From NCBI GenBank assembly GCA_964199315.1, contig OZ116708.1:27280001-27344000 (forward strand): DNA of 64,000 bases, written 5' to 3'. Position numbers and translations under genes: made by a program. Below the pieces are notes generated by a model. It saw only the letters and a program-made list of their open reading frames with translations. It was not told where the DNA came from and ran no database searches. Origin of the DNA: Orbicella franksi. Its lineage: Eukaryota. Positions 1 to 15,000 of this stretch are shown here, one piece after another (positions within the stretch are counted from its first letter, which is position 1; each line of letters starts with the position of its first letter).

Positions 1-24
1 AATTTTTTATTTTCTGATGTACAG

Positions 25-3000
25 TTACCCATGGCTGTATTGTAGCCACAGTAACCCTGTTCCTTCCTGATGGAAAAGAGGCAACAAAGTAAGTTCTACC
101 ACAAAATAAAATAAGGTTGAAAACCAAGCAAGTTTGTGGCTCATTGTTACTTACAAGTATATGTACATTGTATAAGGTGGGGTTGCTCTGCAAGGCTGTC
201 ATTAAGTTTTGAATCACCTGTACATGTAACTTTGATCTTCACACCTGTAACAAACTTGTTACCCTTTGAGTGAATTGTATCAACTATAGGCAAGTTCACC
301 CATAACATTATAGCAGGTGTTATGGGTTATGGCCCTTATTGACAGTCCTGGCTCCTTACTGCATGTTGCTCTTTAAATCTCTGATCTGCAAATTGTATGT
401 TATACCTTACTTAGTACATGTACAGAACTTAACATACTGCATGTGTACTGGCTATAACATACATGTAGCACTCTTAAGGTTTAATTTACTGTGGAGCCCC
501 TGTACACTGATTATGGTGTGATCATTTCATTTGCAGAAGTGGTGTTCCAAGAAGCTTGTTTGCATTGGTATGTTAGAAATGTCAAAAATGTAACAGTTGA
601 ATTGCTTTAAATATGACACTCAGTATTAAAGAGATCTACATGTACATGTATATAGCTTTTAATAAACTTTTTTACCAAAGCAGAAACAATGTTTTACCAA
701 AGTAGAAACAACGTATAAAGAAACTGTTCCTTCTTTAAACATTTGTTTTTTCATGTACACTCAAGTAAACAAATTGCCCTTTGCTAGTGTAGTATTTTGG
801 TTTCAAGAAAATTTGAGAGAGATTCGATTTTACAAGATGCATCCATGTATTGCCTAAGACAAAAGTTTTTTTGTTATGATCTGGTTGACAGAAAGCCTGT
901 TTTGAAGCTCTACATGTATTGCCATCTTTACTGAACTATTTTATTCTGCATTACAATATGAATTTAAATGTTACAATCTCCTGTACCCTTGGTTGCATTT
1001 TCCAAGGTCAAAATTAACCTGGTTCTTTTCTTCTCAAAACAGAACGAAAATGGCATTCAAGCTCAGGAAATGTGGCAGTTATCTCAATATTTACAGGTTG
1101 GCAACCATATATGTATACGTTTGTATGTTGTGAGTATTTGTTGGGTGAGAAATTTTATTTATTTAACCCATTCATCGTGTTTCTGTAGGATGCACTTTAT
1201 AGAGAGCAAATGCTTGAAAACAAGCTGGCAAACCTTCAAAGACTTTTATCAGACTCACAAGTAGCCGTGGAAGATAACACACAGGTAAACAAGATAATTG
1301 TAGAATATGGCCCTGGTGTTAATTACATATAGATCCTTCTCAAAATTGGGATTACATGTAAAAGAAATGAACCACTCAGGGAAAAAGAGAATCAAGTGAA
1401 ATTACAGTTAAAGCTCAAATGGCTGTGATTGCCTTTAGGAGGCGACTTTTACAAGAGTGTCCAGTTACAGTGTCTAAGTGACAATTCAAACAAGTTTCAG
1501 ACATGTATTGGTGGTCATAATGTGAGCTGGTTACTTATTAGAGTGGTCACAAGGAGAACTTCATCTGTATAATCAAATGTACATCAGTGTCAGTAAACTA
1601 CAACCTTGGATCATAACCACGTTTATTAATTTTTTTTTTGTGTAGACGTTTGCTCAAGAGGACAAATTACTCTCGAGATTGGAGACTTTAGAAAACCAAT
1701 TAGAAACTCTAACAAAGGTAACCTTCATAGGTTCTTGTACTACTGTATGTTTTAGCATTGTTGTTGCAATACTTTCTATTTGTAGGAATTCTGGGTAGAT
1801 TTTGTTGTTGTTGTTGTTTATCAAAGGTCAGGGCCAGGTTTGTACAATGGTTTTGTTTTTCCCTCTCACCAGCCCTGTACCATTATTTTGCGTGGTGTTC
1901 ATTTTCCAGCATCTGTACATTGTTGAATCATTCTTGAAGTTGACTCTGAGAATCCTTCAAGTATTTTCAACCTGCCTTTCCAGTGTTCCACATTCCAATA
2001 CTGTGATTTTCAATATTTGTATCTGCAATAATTACTAGAATTCAATCCAAGAATTTATTCAGCATAGGGAATGAAGAGATTGACTGAATGATTGATTTTC
2101 TATCTATTTTTCAGAATTTAAATGACGATGATATCAAAAAGGAGCTACTTGTGCTCCAGGAGGAAAGACATCATTATGAAATGAGAGCAAAGGTACTTGA
2201 ATGTGTTTGTTTCACCTCTTCTAACCAGTAATGATTTCTTCAGTTTTATTCCTTGATAATTTTATTAACCTTAATGGCCTTTAGGGTATGGGGTTCGTTA
2301 TTGTTCTTTAGTGATGATTGTTTCAATTACAGTTTTATTTGGAAATATAGACCTCTTACCTTACCCACATTTACCCAGGGCTCAAAAAAAGTGTCATCCC
2401 ATTGTCCCAGACAAATAGATTTTCTTTCTGGGCAAGTAACTTTTTATTATTAAATTATTCTCACTTGCCCAGTGGGCAAGGGATTGCAAGTCCTCCTCAA
2501 ACTATATCATTAAAAGAGTAATTTGAGAGATACTTGTCCTAAGGGCAAGCTGGAATTTAAGTTTTTTTCAAGCCCTGTTACCTTGAGTTGGAGTTTGCGT
2601 CAAATTTTAGTGAGCCATACAGTGGAATACAGCTTGCTAAATGACCAATCATAGCACGCGTAATAACTAAGAGGTATTACAATGTGAGATATTTTACTAC
2701 AGTCCAAGTCATACAAATGCTATATTTTTATTCCCCATAAGTGGACACTTGTTTTAAGTAGACACTTTTTCTTGTCTCAGGCTAAGGGACTCTTGTAATC
2801 GGAGTTTTCTAATTGTAACAGAGTTACACTTGGTTAGTTTTAGTTTTGGTAACTCCTCTCTTTCTTACATGTATGTACACATATTAGTTCAGTGTAAATT
2901 ATGTCTATTTTATCTTTCTTGCAGGAGTCATTGAAAAAAGTTCTACAGGAAAAGCTAGAAGCAATCCAAAAATTAACTGAAATAGAAGTAAGTTAACAGA

Positions 3001-6000
3001 TGAGACCAAGGTCTTAAATGTCCCTGAATATTCAGCCCTGAAATTTTATCACATATAGGACTGTTGCCCAAAGATGAAAGTAATAAGTATTTTGTGACCT
3101 AATACATGTACAACTAAAATAATTTTGGAGGTACAGTATATGACTGTTTTTCTATTTTACACTGTACAGAAATCCTGTAACAATGCAGAAGATGAATGTC
3201 TACATTACAAATCCTTATATGAGAGATCGCAGCAGGAACTAAAAGACTTGGCTGAAAAGCACAAGCAGGTATTGAAAATGTCTTTGCACAGTCTAAATTT
3301 CAATAATTTGCAGTAATTTCTTGGAGACTATTTCTGTACTATTTCTTTACATGTGTGTCTGGTCTATACTACAGTAACTTTTCATAGGAAATGATTTGCA
3401 CCACGATTCATTTTAAACAAGTGTTAAAACTTGGGATTAGCATATTAATGAAGAATTGGTTTGTGCTTAACGTACATGTATTGAGTTATGGATGCGCAAG
3501 GGAAGTTTGCAGAGCATGAAAGAAGTGTAAGAGTTGGCAGCTCAAGGCAATAGCCACGAGCAACTCTTGCTTCTTGAGTGCTCTCCAAATTTCCCAAGTG
3601 CATCCATAACTTGATATATGCACAGCTTAAAGCATTCACCAATTCTTTTATAACATGGCGACAACACATTGAATGCTAAAACATCTTTTATTTGTGATTG
3701 ACTACTAAGTTCTCACAATGCATGGTGAAGGAAAACAAAGGTCATGAGGATCCTAACATGCCACAATCAGTTGAGCAACAGTTAAACAAAACGCTAAACC
3801 TGGTTTCTAAAATTGTCGATCGATGAAAACTTCACTCCTTTGAATTAATTATAATGAAAATGTAGGCAAACAAAGTAAAAATACTCAACGAAAAAGTAGA
3901 CAATTGAATACTCAAGTTATAGTAAATGTCTTAGCTTGGCAAAAGTCAAAGGCTCGAAGGAGGGTTTGGATTGCACACGCTATGTTATAGATGCACTTAT
4001 TCACCAAACATTCCTGTTGATTGAGTTATAAACACCATGGGCAGCAGCATTGTTGTCATCATTACCATTGTATTTGTGGTCATATTTGTCATGTATTCAG
4101 TTTAATGTGAATCAAAGCACATCCAGGGCTCGAAATTAACTTTTTCGTTCGGTAGCCAGGTGGTGACTAACGGAAAAATTTTGGTCGCCAGATCATAAAT
4201 TTTGTTCACCAACTTATTTTATAACTTACACAAGAACTTGATTTTATACGTTACTTTGCATGCAAGAAAAGTCACAGTTGAAGAGGGAAAACAATATAAG
4301 TAGAAACAACACAAGTAACACTTTAGTTATAAAGCTACCATTGTTCTCAGGTGATATGTCTCTGGTCCGAACTGGTGATGATTGTCTCCATAGTCATTTT
4401 AAATGAAGCGAAGCATAAAATGTTTCAAGTCTGTGGTTTTCATTGTGAGACAAACACGGGTCCTTGCGTATTTTCCCTTTGCTACTTCTTCGAAATGCCG
4501 TTCTTTATTTTCGACTTGCTTTCCTCGACACGTTTCGCTCACGTAATTCCTTCAACTGATTGGTAACTGCCTCCATTTTCACGGCAAATGAAAAGCACAC
4601 GGTGTTGAAGTATGCCTGCGATCCCAATTTCGGAAGGAGCCACTGAAACAATATGGCACGCTGTGAACGCAGTATCGACATACGTGTCGAAATACATTCA
4701 ATTTTTTTGAATATCTTGTAATATTCAGACACTATTTTACTGGGGACGGAAAGGTGAGTTGTATACTGGCCACCGTATCTGATTGATTTCATAGTATAAA
4801 GATTTAAAAACAAAACTTGTGTTGTGGTTTTCTTTAGTTTTCGGATAAAACACAAGTCGCCAGTGCTCAATTTTTGGTCACACTGGCGACCAGTGAGTCG
4901 CAATTTCGAGCCCTGACATTGTCATCATCATCTTTTTTAGGTTGATAACAGCCGGTTAGGCAACATACCAACCACTTGCAAAATATAAAGTAAAATTACC
5001 TAGTGTGCATGCTCGCTAATAATGTCAACCTCCGGCCAAATGCAGTGTGTATACTGCAATCTCCATCATTATAACTTTCCTCATCATTTAGATTATCATT
5101 ATTATAATAGTCATCAGCAGCATCATTTTCATTTCATAACTTGACAGAGATTACAAGAGATGCAAAGTCTTCATGATCAAGTTGAAGAAGCAGAAAGGAG
5201 ACACTCAGCCGTTGAAGGGCAGGTCAGTTGTGTCAATATGTCTCACTGCACAGTACCAAATGCTTGTAACACCATTTTCCTTTCCAAACAATCCAAGTGC
5301 ATTTACAGTGTATGGTAATGTTTTAGAACATATTAATGAAGGTAACCCTTTCAATTTCAAGAGAAAGCAACCATTACAATTTTCTCTAAGAATACCAATA
5401 GCCACATTTGACAAGAAAGTTGGTCAATCAGTCAGTACATGTAGGTCAACAGTTTGCATTATTTTATAAATTTCTCAGTAAGTCAGTCCCACTGTTCAAT
5501 TCAATTCATCATAAGGTCAGTTCATCCAGTAAACTTGTCAAGAGAGTCAGTGAATTCATTCTTTATTTGTTCATTCATTCTTTGTCATTTGTCAATTTGT
5601 CTCCGTTCCTATGTTCATTCGTTTTGTCATTTAATTACTTTGTTCAAAGCAATCCTATTTTATTGGTTCTTAGGCTGTTCAAGAGAAAACAGAATTTGAA
5701 ATAAGAATTAAAGAAGCACAGCTTCGTGAGGCTGCCTTAGCTGCTAAGGTTGGTTCACTGTGTTCATGTAATAAATAATGCAGCTTGTCAAATACAGGAC
5801 TATGAAAGTTTTGTACATATTTTGTCCTGAAACTGAACATTTTTCCCTTTGTTACTGCAGGCAGAATCTTTGCAGGCAGAATGTGATTTTACAAAAGAGC
5901 AGGTCACTGCAATGAAAGGTGAATGACATGTTGCTTTAATTTAAAAGAGATTAATTCATGTAGCAACAGAGAGACGTCTTGCAAATAATTTATATGCCAT

Positions 6001-9000
6001 ACATGTACAAAGGTCTTTTTAGAGCCGATGTTATCAGCATGAAGTTTGCAGGTCAAAGTGTATCTTCTCACAGTGATGAACTTTGAGTGTTCTGTTCCAA
6101 GAGAGTGCTTTTTGTTATAGCTGACTAAAAATACATGTAACTATCTATATGAAGATTGATTCTGGAATACTGAGGTAGGAAGAAACTGAGAATTTTTACT
6201 TTGCTCTTTATTTTTCTTACTGAGGTATGTTTTGTCCACATTTAGTTCACATGGAAAAAACTAAAGGTGAAGTTCATCAGCCAAGTAACGAATACAAGTC
6301 CCCCGTCATCCAGCTACAAGGTACATTCATGAGAAATGCAATAAATTCAGGGTTCCCACAATCTTGAAAAGTCATTGAATTTTAGGAAGAGTCCTTGAAA
6401 AGGCCTTGAATTTTCTCCAAAGTCAATAGCAAAATTGTTTTCTTTTAACTTTGGTATTCTTCTTTTCTGATGTCAAACATTTTACAAACACTGTGACACA
6501 AAAAAGATATTAAGGCAGGTCAAATGCAAATGGAAATGTTAATGGAAGCAAAATTGGCAAGTGGTAATGTTTGTATTTTTTATGGTCTTTTGTATGTTGA
6601 CATGGAGCCGAAACATACAGCCTTAAAAACCTGTTTATTTGGAAAGTGCATATGTTGATTCCGATTATCACCTGTAAAATTGCATTTCTGGCATGGGTCC
6701 TTGAAAAGTCAGTAAAGAAAGTTTGCAATTTTTTGTAAGAACCCTGGTACCATTTTAGTTCCTCAGCTGATTGTCACATACATGTACTGTAGTTCTTTCA
6801 ATTAAGTGGTGAAAATTTGATCTCCCATTCAACTATTTTTCAAAATTCTCATTACCATTCCACTTGGCATCATATTGGCATATTTTGATTACCATACTCA
6901 GAAGCTTGTCTTAAGTAAGTTTGGCATGAATTCTGCATTCATAACTGTACCATAACCACATGTTTAGTCAGACGTCAGTCTGTGGTCACTGAACAGTATG
7001 GCATGAAGCCAGGTCATATAAATTTTACATTTTGCATTGAACATTGAAGGATTTAAAGACTTCAGTTTCCTTCATGGGTTTTAAGCTAAGCTATCAACAA
7101 CAAAGCCCTAATTTTCAACAAGATCCAGCAAGGGAAACAATGTATTATTTTTGGTTTGTTTACCTATCAGGTAGGTTGAAAATTCAGCTGTTATTTGCTT
7201 GCCTTGTGAAATTAAGATGTCTTCATTCATTTGATATGAACTGCAGGAGTTGAACCTTAAGAAGGCTGATTTATTGTTGTATTGTGCAATATTTTAATCT
7301 TGGCAATGTTGTATTGAAAGATAAAAAATATCATGTTTAACTTTATGTGCATCAATTGCATATTTGTGCCTTGAGCTCTTTGCTCATGTTCAATTCTCTG
7401 TTCCATCAATAATTTAATTAATGGAACAATTGCACAATGTATCTTCATTTAATTTAAATCTGTGCTACATGTACATGTATGTTGCAGTAGTTAGAAGATA
7501 AGAACATCCACTCAGAAGTGAGGTTTAATTTTCTCATGTCATTGATCTGGAAACCAGAATCATGCCACTGCACTATAAAATGTGAATTTTCTTACTGGAG
7601 AGAACTGGAAAAAAATGTTGATAATAGAAATAACATTTTACTTTCATGTACTCTCTTCCAATAGTTATATTATTTAGAAAGTTGTGAAATTAGAATCCTT
7701 GAAAAACAATTCATTTGCATAGTTTACAGTACAAGTAGTAAACAAAGCAGGTTTATAGCAGGTACTTGAATACTAATAAAATTAAACCTAATTAATTGAA
7801 AAAGTTGGCACAAAAAAATTACTTAGTGATACCAATTACAGTTAGAATTCTCCTTTAGAATAAAGAGAACCTGCAAATTGTGGTGTCCAAGGATAATGTA
7901 GTAATATTTGGTGGTTTTTGTAAGTTTAAATGACAGTCATATAAAGTATATTCTTATTGTGGCTTGCAAATCATTTTGTCTGTGTCAGCTGTTTAGTCTC
8001 AAAACTGTAGGATGTGAAAAAATATCCTTATTTACCTCGAAGTTGTACATTAACATCCAAAAAAATACTGACTTACAATGTCTAAACAAAGGTGTGTCTG
8101 ATAGCCTAAGGCTATATAAGTATTTTTAGTTGGGCTTACAAGTATATTCTGTCTTTCACTTGCTTGATGCACAAGTGAAGTCTCTTTGAAAAACGTGTCT
8201 TTGGAAATTTTTTGAGGAAATCCAAATTACAGAAGTACTGTAAGTGATGAAATTCTGGGGCGGGGGTTTGTGAGAATGACTTCTGAGCTAGTGTGTCTTA
8301 GTTACAGCTTTTCTAAAGGACAAGACTGATAACTGGTTCTCTTGTCACTATTTTAATGTTAATTTTCAAGACCAAAAAATAATTATTGCCAAGCAAACAG
8401 GTGTTGAGGGTAAACTGTTACTCTCTTGACATACCACTGAATGTTTGGAAAAAACAGTGCAGATGTATGGCATACATTAATTAATGAGAAATGATGCAGT
8501 CCAACTTAACTTCATTTACAGTGGACCTTGGAAAAAGACCAAATAGTCAAGAATCTGTATAGTCAATAATAATTTATAGTCAATAAGCAAGAGTACATTA
8601 TATGAATATTACAATTAAAAAAACTCTTGATAAAACTCATGAAAAAAGAATTGTACAAGGCACCATTTGCTTATGATGATTGTTTTTGTAAGTTTTAGAA
8701 ATGACTCTTCATACATGTTTTCACTTGGTAGCTTTGTGTGTGACAGTGTGATGATAGTTTTATCCTTCTGTTGTTTTGGTTCTTTTACAGAAGAGTCTGT
8801 CATAGAAGCTGTAGATGTCAATGGAATGAGAGAACTGGAAAAGTTGCCAGACAACTTTGACGGTAGGTTTGGTTGTGTTCCTGCAAAGTACAACTGTATG
8901 TTTACAGGGCTGTTGGAGTTTTGACCTCCAGTATTGGTGTGACATATACGTGTATGTCTTATCTACAGTCTGTTTGTTTTTATGCTGAGTAAATGTTTAA

Positions 9001-12000
9001 ACGTTTCTCTTTTAATTTATGAAAGACCTTTCATTTCAGTGAGAGGCCTTTATGAAAGGCCTTTCAATATTAATGTGTAGAAAAGTGACATCTTACGGAT
9101 TCACAGTTCTTCTGAGGAGAACAGTCAACAATGTGTTGTCTAAATTTTTTTATCTTCATAGGAAATGCAACAGTGCTGGAGGAACCGAGGGATAATGATT
9201 ACTCCAATACAGATGATGTGAAGATTTTACAAGGTTAGCTATTGTTAGTGGAAATTCAGGATAATTTATGTTATGTTGCAATGCATGTGTTACAGTAAAA
9301 CCCTGCTTTACAGCCACCCCATTAATCCAGCCACATCATTATTATGGCCACTTTATTCTGGCCCAAATAAGAGCTAGGTCATTTTCTTATTTAAAGAACC
9401 CCTTTAATACAGTCACCCCATTAATGAAGCCAGATTTTTGTGGCTCTCTGGGGCGAGTTGTTCTGAAGCCAATTAACGCTAACCCATGATTAAAAGTTAA
9501 CCGAAGTATAAATTTTTCTTGTAAACAAGTGTTTTTCACTCCTTATGTTTTGTGTATTTTGAGATTATTCAAACTCAAAGCAGAAGGGCAAACAATGTAA
9601 ACAGAAAATCTCACTGCAGGTACAAAACTCAAATCAAAATTCTGGCTTATCCTGGGTTAGCTTAATCGGGCTAGAAAAACAACCTGGCACTGGTGACTGG
9701 ATTAACCGGTTTCTACTGTACTTACTTACCAACAATTCATTTTCATACACAGTTCAACTTGAAAAGCTTCAGGGTGAAGTTGGAGATAAGGAGAAGATCC
9801 TGAATTCACTTATAGGTAACGGGCATTAATTTAAGCTGAATATTCAAAGATTTCACATCATTTCAACTTCAAAACAGTATGGCTTGTGCTTGTAGCCGAT
9901 ATACATGTAACATGCACTTTGATTGCTAATTCTAGGGCATTATTCTGCCATAATGCCTGTGGGGTGATTACAGGCCTGCAAAAACAAAGCAGACAGTCTA
10001 TATTAAACAACTTATTAACCTCGAACGTTCAATCATTACAAGAAAATCTCACACCTCGGCCTTGCTGTATTGACCTCGCTATCGCTAGGTCTATACTGCA
10101 AGGTCTCGGTTTGAGATTTTCCCGTAAAGACCTCACTCTCGGCTAATAAGTATTTAGTCACTAATGAGAGTAATAGAATATGTCAGCTCAGTCAAATATT
10201 TGTTAGACCTAATAAAGTTGTGCTCAATGTTTCAACAGAGCAAATAGAGGAAACAAAACGACTACAGAAAGAAAGTCAAAGTGAAGTAGTGTACTTGAAA
10301 GGTACATGTGCATGTACAACTGTATGTACATACATGAACATACGTACAAAACCTTGATGTCCTTTATTTGTGCTCAAATTTACAGAGTACATGTAGCTAC
10401 ACAATGCTACTATGTTTGAGGAAAATTAGAACTATCAAGAAAAGCTACACAAAATCAAAATCAACTACATGAACAAAGTAAATATGAAGTAAATAATTCA
10501 ATTCTCACCTAATAGTATAATAATTTTTATAACTGATAAGCAAATAGAAAAATACTTACATACTCTAAGTATCTTAGCTTTATAGAAAGAAAAACAACAA
10601 TTGACACTTATTAATTTGTCTGGCTCTGCCCATGCCAAAACAAAGAGAAGTTTTTTCGACAATTTTATAGATTAGTGTGAACAGGTTCATTTCAGTCACC
10701 TGTTAGACATTACTTTCTCTTTCCTTGTACATTTTCCATGTGATGCTGTACTTGCCTTAATCTTGAAAGAATTAAAGTATTCACTCTAAAATCAGTTAAA
10801 TTGGAAAGCTAATGTGAAGTAATATTCTTCCCTTTTTAGAAAAATTAGAGAAATCACAACAAAGTGCATTGGAGGACAAGGAGAAAATTCACTCCCTTGA
10901 AGGTAAAACATATTGATCGTTCCCCTCTGTCACTTACAAAATCTTTCTGTAACCAAACAAACATTGTTACTCAGCACTAATCAGACTTGAATATCACTCA
11001 TGACCACAGCTTAAAGAAAACTATATTTGTAATCCTATAAAACAATTCACATGAGAACTTGTTTCTTGTGATAAGTAGTTGCTCTGATAACCAGCCGCAT
11101 TCCTCTCTTGGGGAGGAACAAATACCAGACTTGAGAGAGTGGCAGAAATCAAGCCAGATACATGTAAGCACACACTTAGCAGCCTTTTAATAAACCTTTG
11201 TAATATAAAATAACATAATTCAGTATTCTTTCCTTTCATAACCCAGATCTTAGTTAAGTTCTCCGAAATGGTAGTCGTATTGAGAGTTTGTAAACTATTT
11301 TCGAAGTGCGCTATGGCTAGCATGTTGGACTCCAGACCGAGCGGTCCAGGTTTAAGCCCTAGTCAAGGTCAAGACACTTTACTCTCACAGTGCCTCTCTC
11401 CACCTACAAATATAAGTCTGTACAAGCAAATTTAAACCTGCTTTCAGTGTTAGATACATAAGTGACATCTTTCGACATGCCATCTCTTGACATGCTACGT
11501 AACCTGGCCTATGTCAGAATTGGACTTCTTTATGGCAGAACTTGATTTTTAGTTATGAAAGATGGATTCATTTGACATCAAACTAAGGCTAGAAGTATCA
11601 CAAAGTCATTCTGTGAGAGCTAAATCGACTGTTTTGAATGTTTAAATCTTTCGAATATTAAAATCAGTAGCAGCCCAATTATACAGGAAGTCACTACTGA
11701 GAGCCAATTAACTACACGCAAATTGTTTGATTTATCCCATAAAACGGGAAACATGCAAAGTCACAATCTTCAATGCTCAGGCATAACCCTGTTTTGACTT
11801 ACCATCATATTTAGCCAGGGGTTTCATTGAGGGCCAGGGACTAGGCAAATTGACCGGCTGTAAGGATGAATTTGTCCACCTGGTCTGACCATCTAGAGGA
11901 AAGTTTTTCTTATAAAGAAGTTCAGTTCAAATAGCTTTGCCTGCGTGTGAAGACCAGATGTCCTCCTGTTGAAAATGTTAATGAAACCCCTGATTCAGCG

Positions 12001-15000
12001 GGAGTAGAAATACTCGAAGTCATTCATGCCACAGAAACCGAGCTGTATGGGCCGCTGGTCTGACACAAACATTGCCATACTGTAAACTGTGGACAATTAG
12101 AAGAGTGGTTGGACTGGTTGGTTGATAGTAGGTATTTCTTTTTGTTACAGAGCAAGTGATGGAGTATCATCTTCAAGCCATAGATGAGTTGTCTATTCCA
12201 AATGATAGTGATGCTGAAGAAGGAGACCATGTTGATGCCATTCAACCAGTTACAAGTAAATATTGCAAAATATTGCAAAATATTTCATTTTCCTCAACAT
12301 TGATTGGTAAACACTAGTCATATCATGTTAGTGTTTGAAATAATTTCTATTGCTAATTTATGTGCGGTTTTAATGCTGGTTGTTCATGAGTTATGCGGCA
12401 ATTTGAGTTATTTTGGCCACATACAAAAATTGCCTTTAAGCTGAGGAAACCTGAAAATAGCATTTCATGAAGATATTAAAACACCATAGAGAAAAAGTAA
12501 ACCATCAAGGAGCAAGGATGGTTACAGATTGAGAAGATTACCATGAATTACAGACGACAAACTTGAAAGATTTAGGCTAAACTTTTTAAGATGCACAAAG
12601 TTAGAGAAATTTGAAGGGAACCCAAAAATAGCAGTTTAAGATAGAAAAACACCAAAGAGACAATTATACTAAACCACAGAGATAGAAGTATGGTTAAGGA
12701 TGGAGAAGATTAACACAGATTACAAACAATGAACTTGAAAAATGACGGCAGGAGTGATATGATTTTATGTGTTTTATATCAAGATCATAGTGACCATACA
12801 ATGGTGAAGTTGGATGGCAGGAACTCATTTGAGGAGATGGATCTTGTCAGGCGCCTACATGGTAAGAAAACAGTCTTTTTTGTGGTTGTAGTGATCATTA
12901 GGCACATCAGGTATAGAAAAGATATTATTTGAGATTTCAGGCTCACCCCGCTCTATTACAATTGACTGAGGTTGCAGTCGTAATAATTTTTCTATGCCAG
13001 GGCTGGGTTGTTCAAAAGACATTTAATGCTAACCGAAAATTAAGAGTCAACTGAAGTGTTAATTTTTCGGTAAAAAAAAATGTTTTTCACTGCTTACAGG
13101 TATGTTTTGTTTAGTTTGAGATTATTTAAACCCAAATCTGAAGGACAAACAATATGCACTGTAATCCTCACCAAAAGGTTACAAAACTGAAATCAAAATT
13201 CTTGCTAATCCTGGGTTAGCTCAATTGGGCTTTGAACAACCCTGGTACTTTAAACTGTACATTTTGGTACCTCCCCTCTTCCCCTCTTCTCCCCCTTCCC
13301 CACCATGATACACTTTTCTGGTACTCTTATTACGTTTTCGAGGTTGCCAAACATTTACGTTTCTTTATCTTTCCTAGATCGGATTTGTGAAGTGAAGACC
13401 ATGGCAGAAGAAAGACACCTAATGATGATCAGGTGGTCTGGTAAGTGATAACAATATGACCTTTTGGACACTGCAGAGAAAAGGGTAGGATTTTTTGCTG
13501 TGCTCAAGCTTCTTTACCTTTGTGTTTTTGAGCTGGTAACGACACAGGAGAATTCCAAACCTTTTGGTTTAATGGTAGTGCTTTGTTCCAAAATAGAAAG
13601 GGTTAGCAATTATTCACTTCTTTGTGTTAAGTCTTCCTTGATTGTTAACTTTTTGCTTTATTTTTTAGCTGACGATGATGATGACGATGATGAAATAATT
13701 GCTAATAGTAACAGCAGTGCCAAGTCACGTTATGAAGAAGGCCCTCTCCGTAAGGGATTAACATTGAAGTTTTGTCTTTGTCGAATTTCAGTCTGAAAGT
13801 TTTGTCTCACCATATGGTAGTCATAACCATCCATGCTTCATATTTTGTTCAGTGATGTACCTTAGTAAACTATTATTTTCTGATCCTCGTATCTTTGTTT
13901 TACGCCGCAAGAGTTAATTCAAGTAGCGCGACTTAAGGTATCACGCGACTGGAGACACGATAGCGTGACATGAAATCACATGACAATAGTTATCGTGACA
14001 TAACCCTTTGAAAAATAAAAAATCGAAATTTGATTGATAAGCTCATTTGCCCCCCAAATTTGGCCAATGAAAGCCGATATCCGCGTAAATATTGCTAACT
14101 TTTACAACTCTTTTAGTTTAAACTGTTTGTAGTCAATTTGTTTGTTACATGATGTTTCTCTTCACAAAGTTGTATGCTAATGGTAAAATGTAAACAATGA
14201 CACAGCAAAAATAAGCTCATTCGAGTTTGTTTCCTGTTTTAGATCAACCACGAAATGCAAGGCAATTATTGCAGGACAGTTTACACAATGTACAAGACAT
14301 CAAAGGTAACAGAAATTGCGTAACATTACTGACGTAAAGATCTGGTTTTTTCCTTTTGATTTCATTTTTGATTTGGACTGTTCTTAATATTTAGGAGAAT
14401 TCATCGAAATTGGCAGAATTATCGACAATGAGCACGAGGAATCACAACATGTGCAAGGTTAGTAAATAATTACTGTTTATTACATCAGCGTGTAATGTTC
14501 ACAAAGCGTGACAGTCAGGGCCAATATGTCTTCTCAACTGTTCCAATATAACACATTGATTCATGCTTAAAGTCAGGTGGAACATTTTCAAAACTATTCC
14601 TTTGGGGATTTCACGTTGGAAAGATGCTGACTGACTTGTTATTGAGTAAGGCTTAGTTCACACTGGTGTTATAAAGGACATAAGATGGACGTTATGTCGT
14701 TATGTTTGCAGTGTGAACATCCCGACGTACGGAAAAAAAACCCTGATGTCTTTATGTCGATGTTCACATAAGCTTTTTGTCGTTATCTCGTTTATGTCGC
14801 TATGTCGCTGGTGTGAACTAGAGCTAAGAGAACGGCGATTTGGCTCAGGATTTTTTCTGCTCTGTTTAGAGCTTAAGCATTTTTATTGTTGTTTTTGTAG
14901 GACAGCTGAATGACACGCAGCAAGAACTCAAGGAAAACAACGAACTTGTGGTCGAATTACAAGGTGATTTACACTTGAGGGTTTCTTTCCTTGACAGACC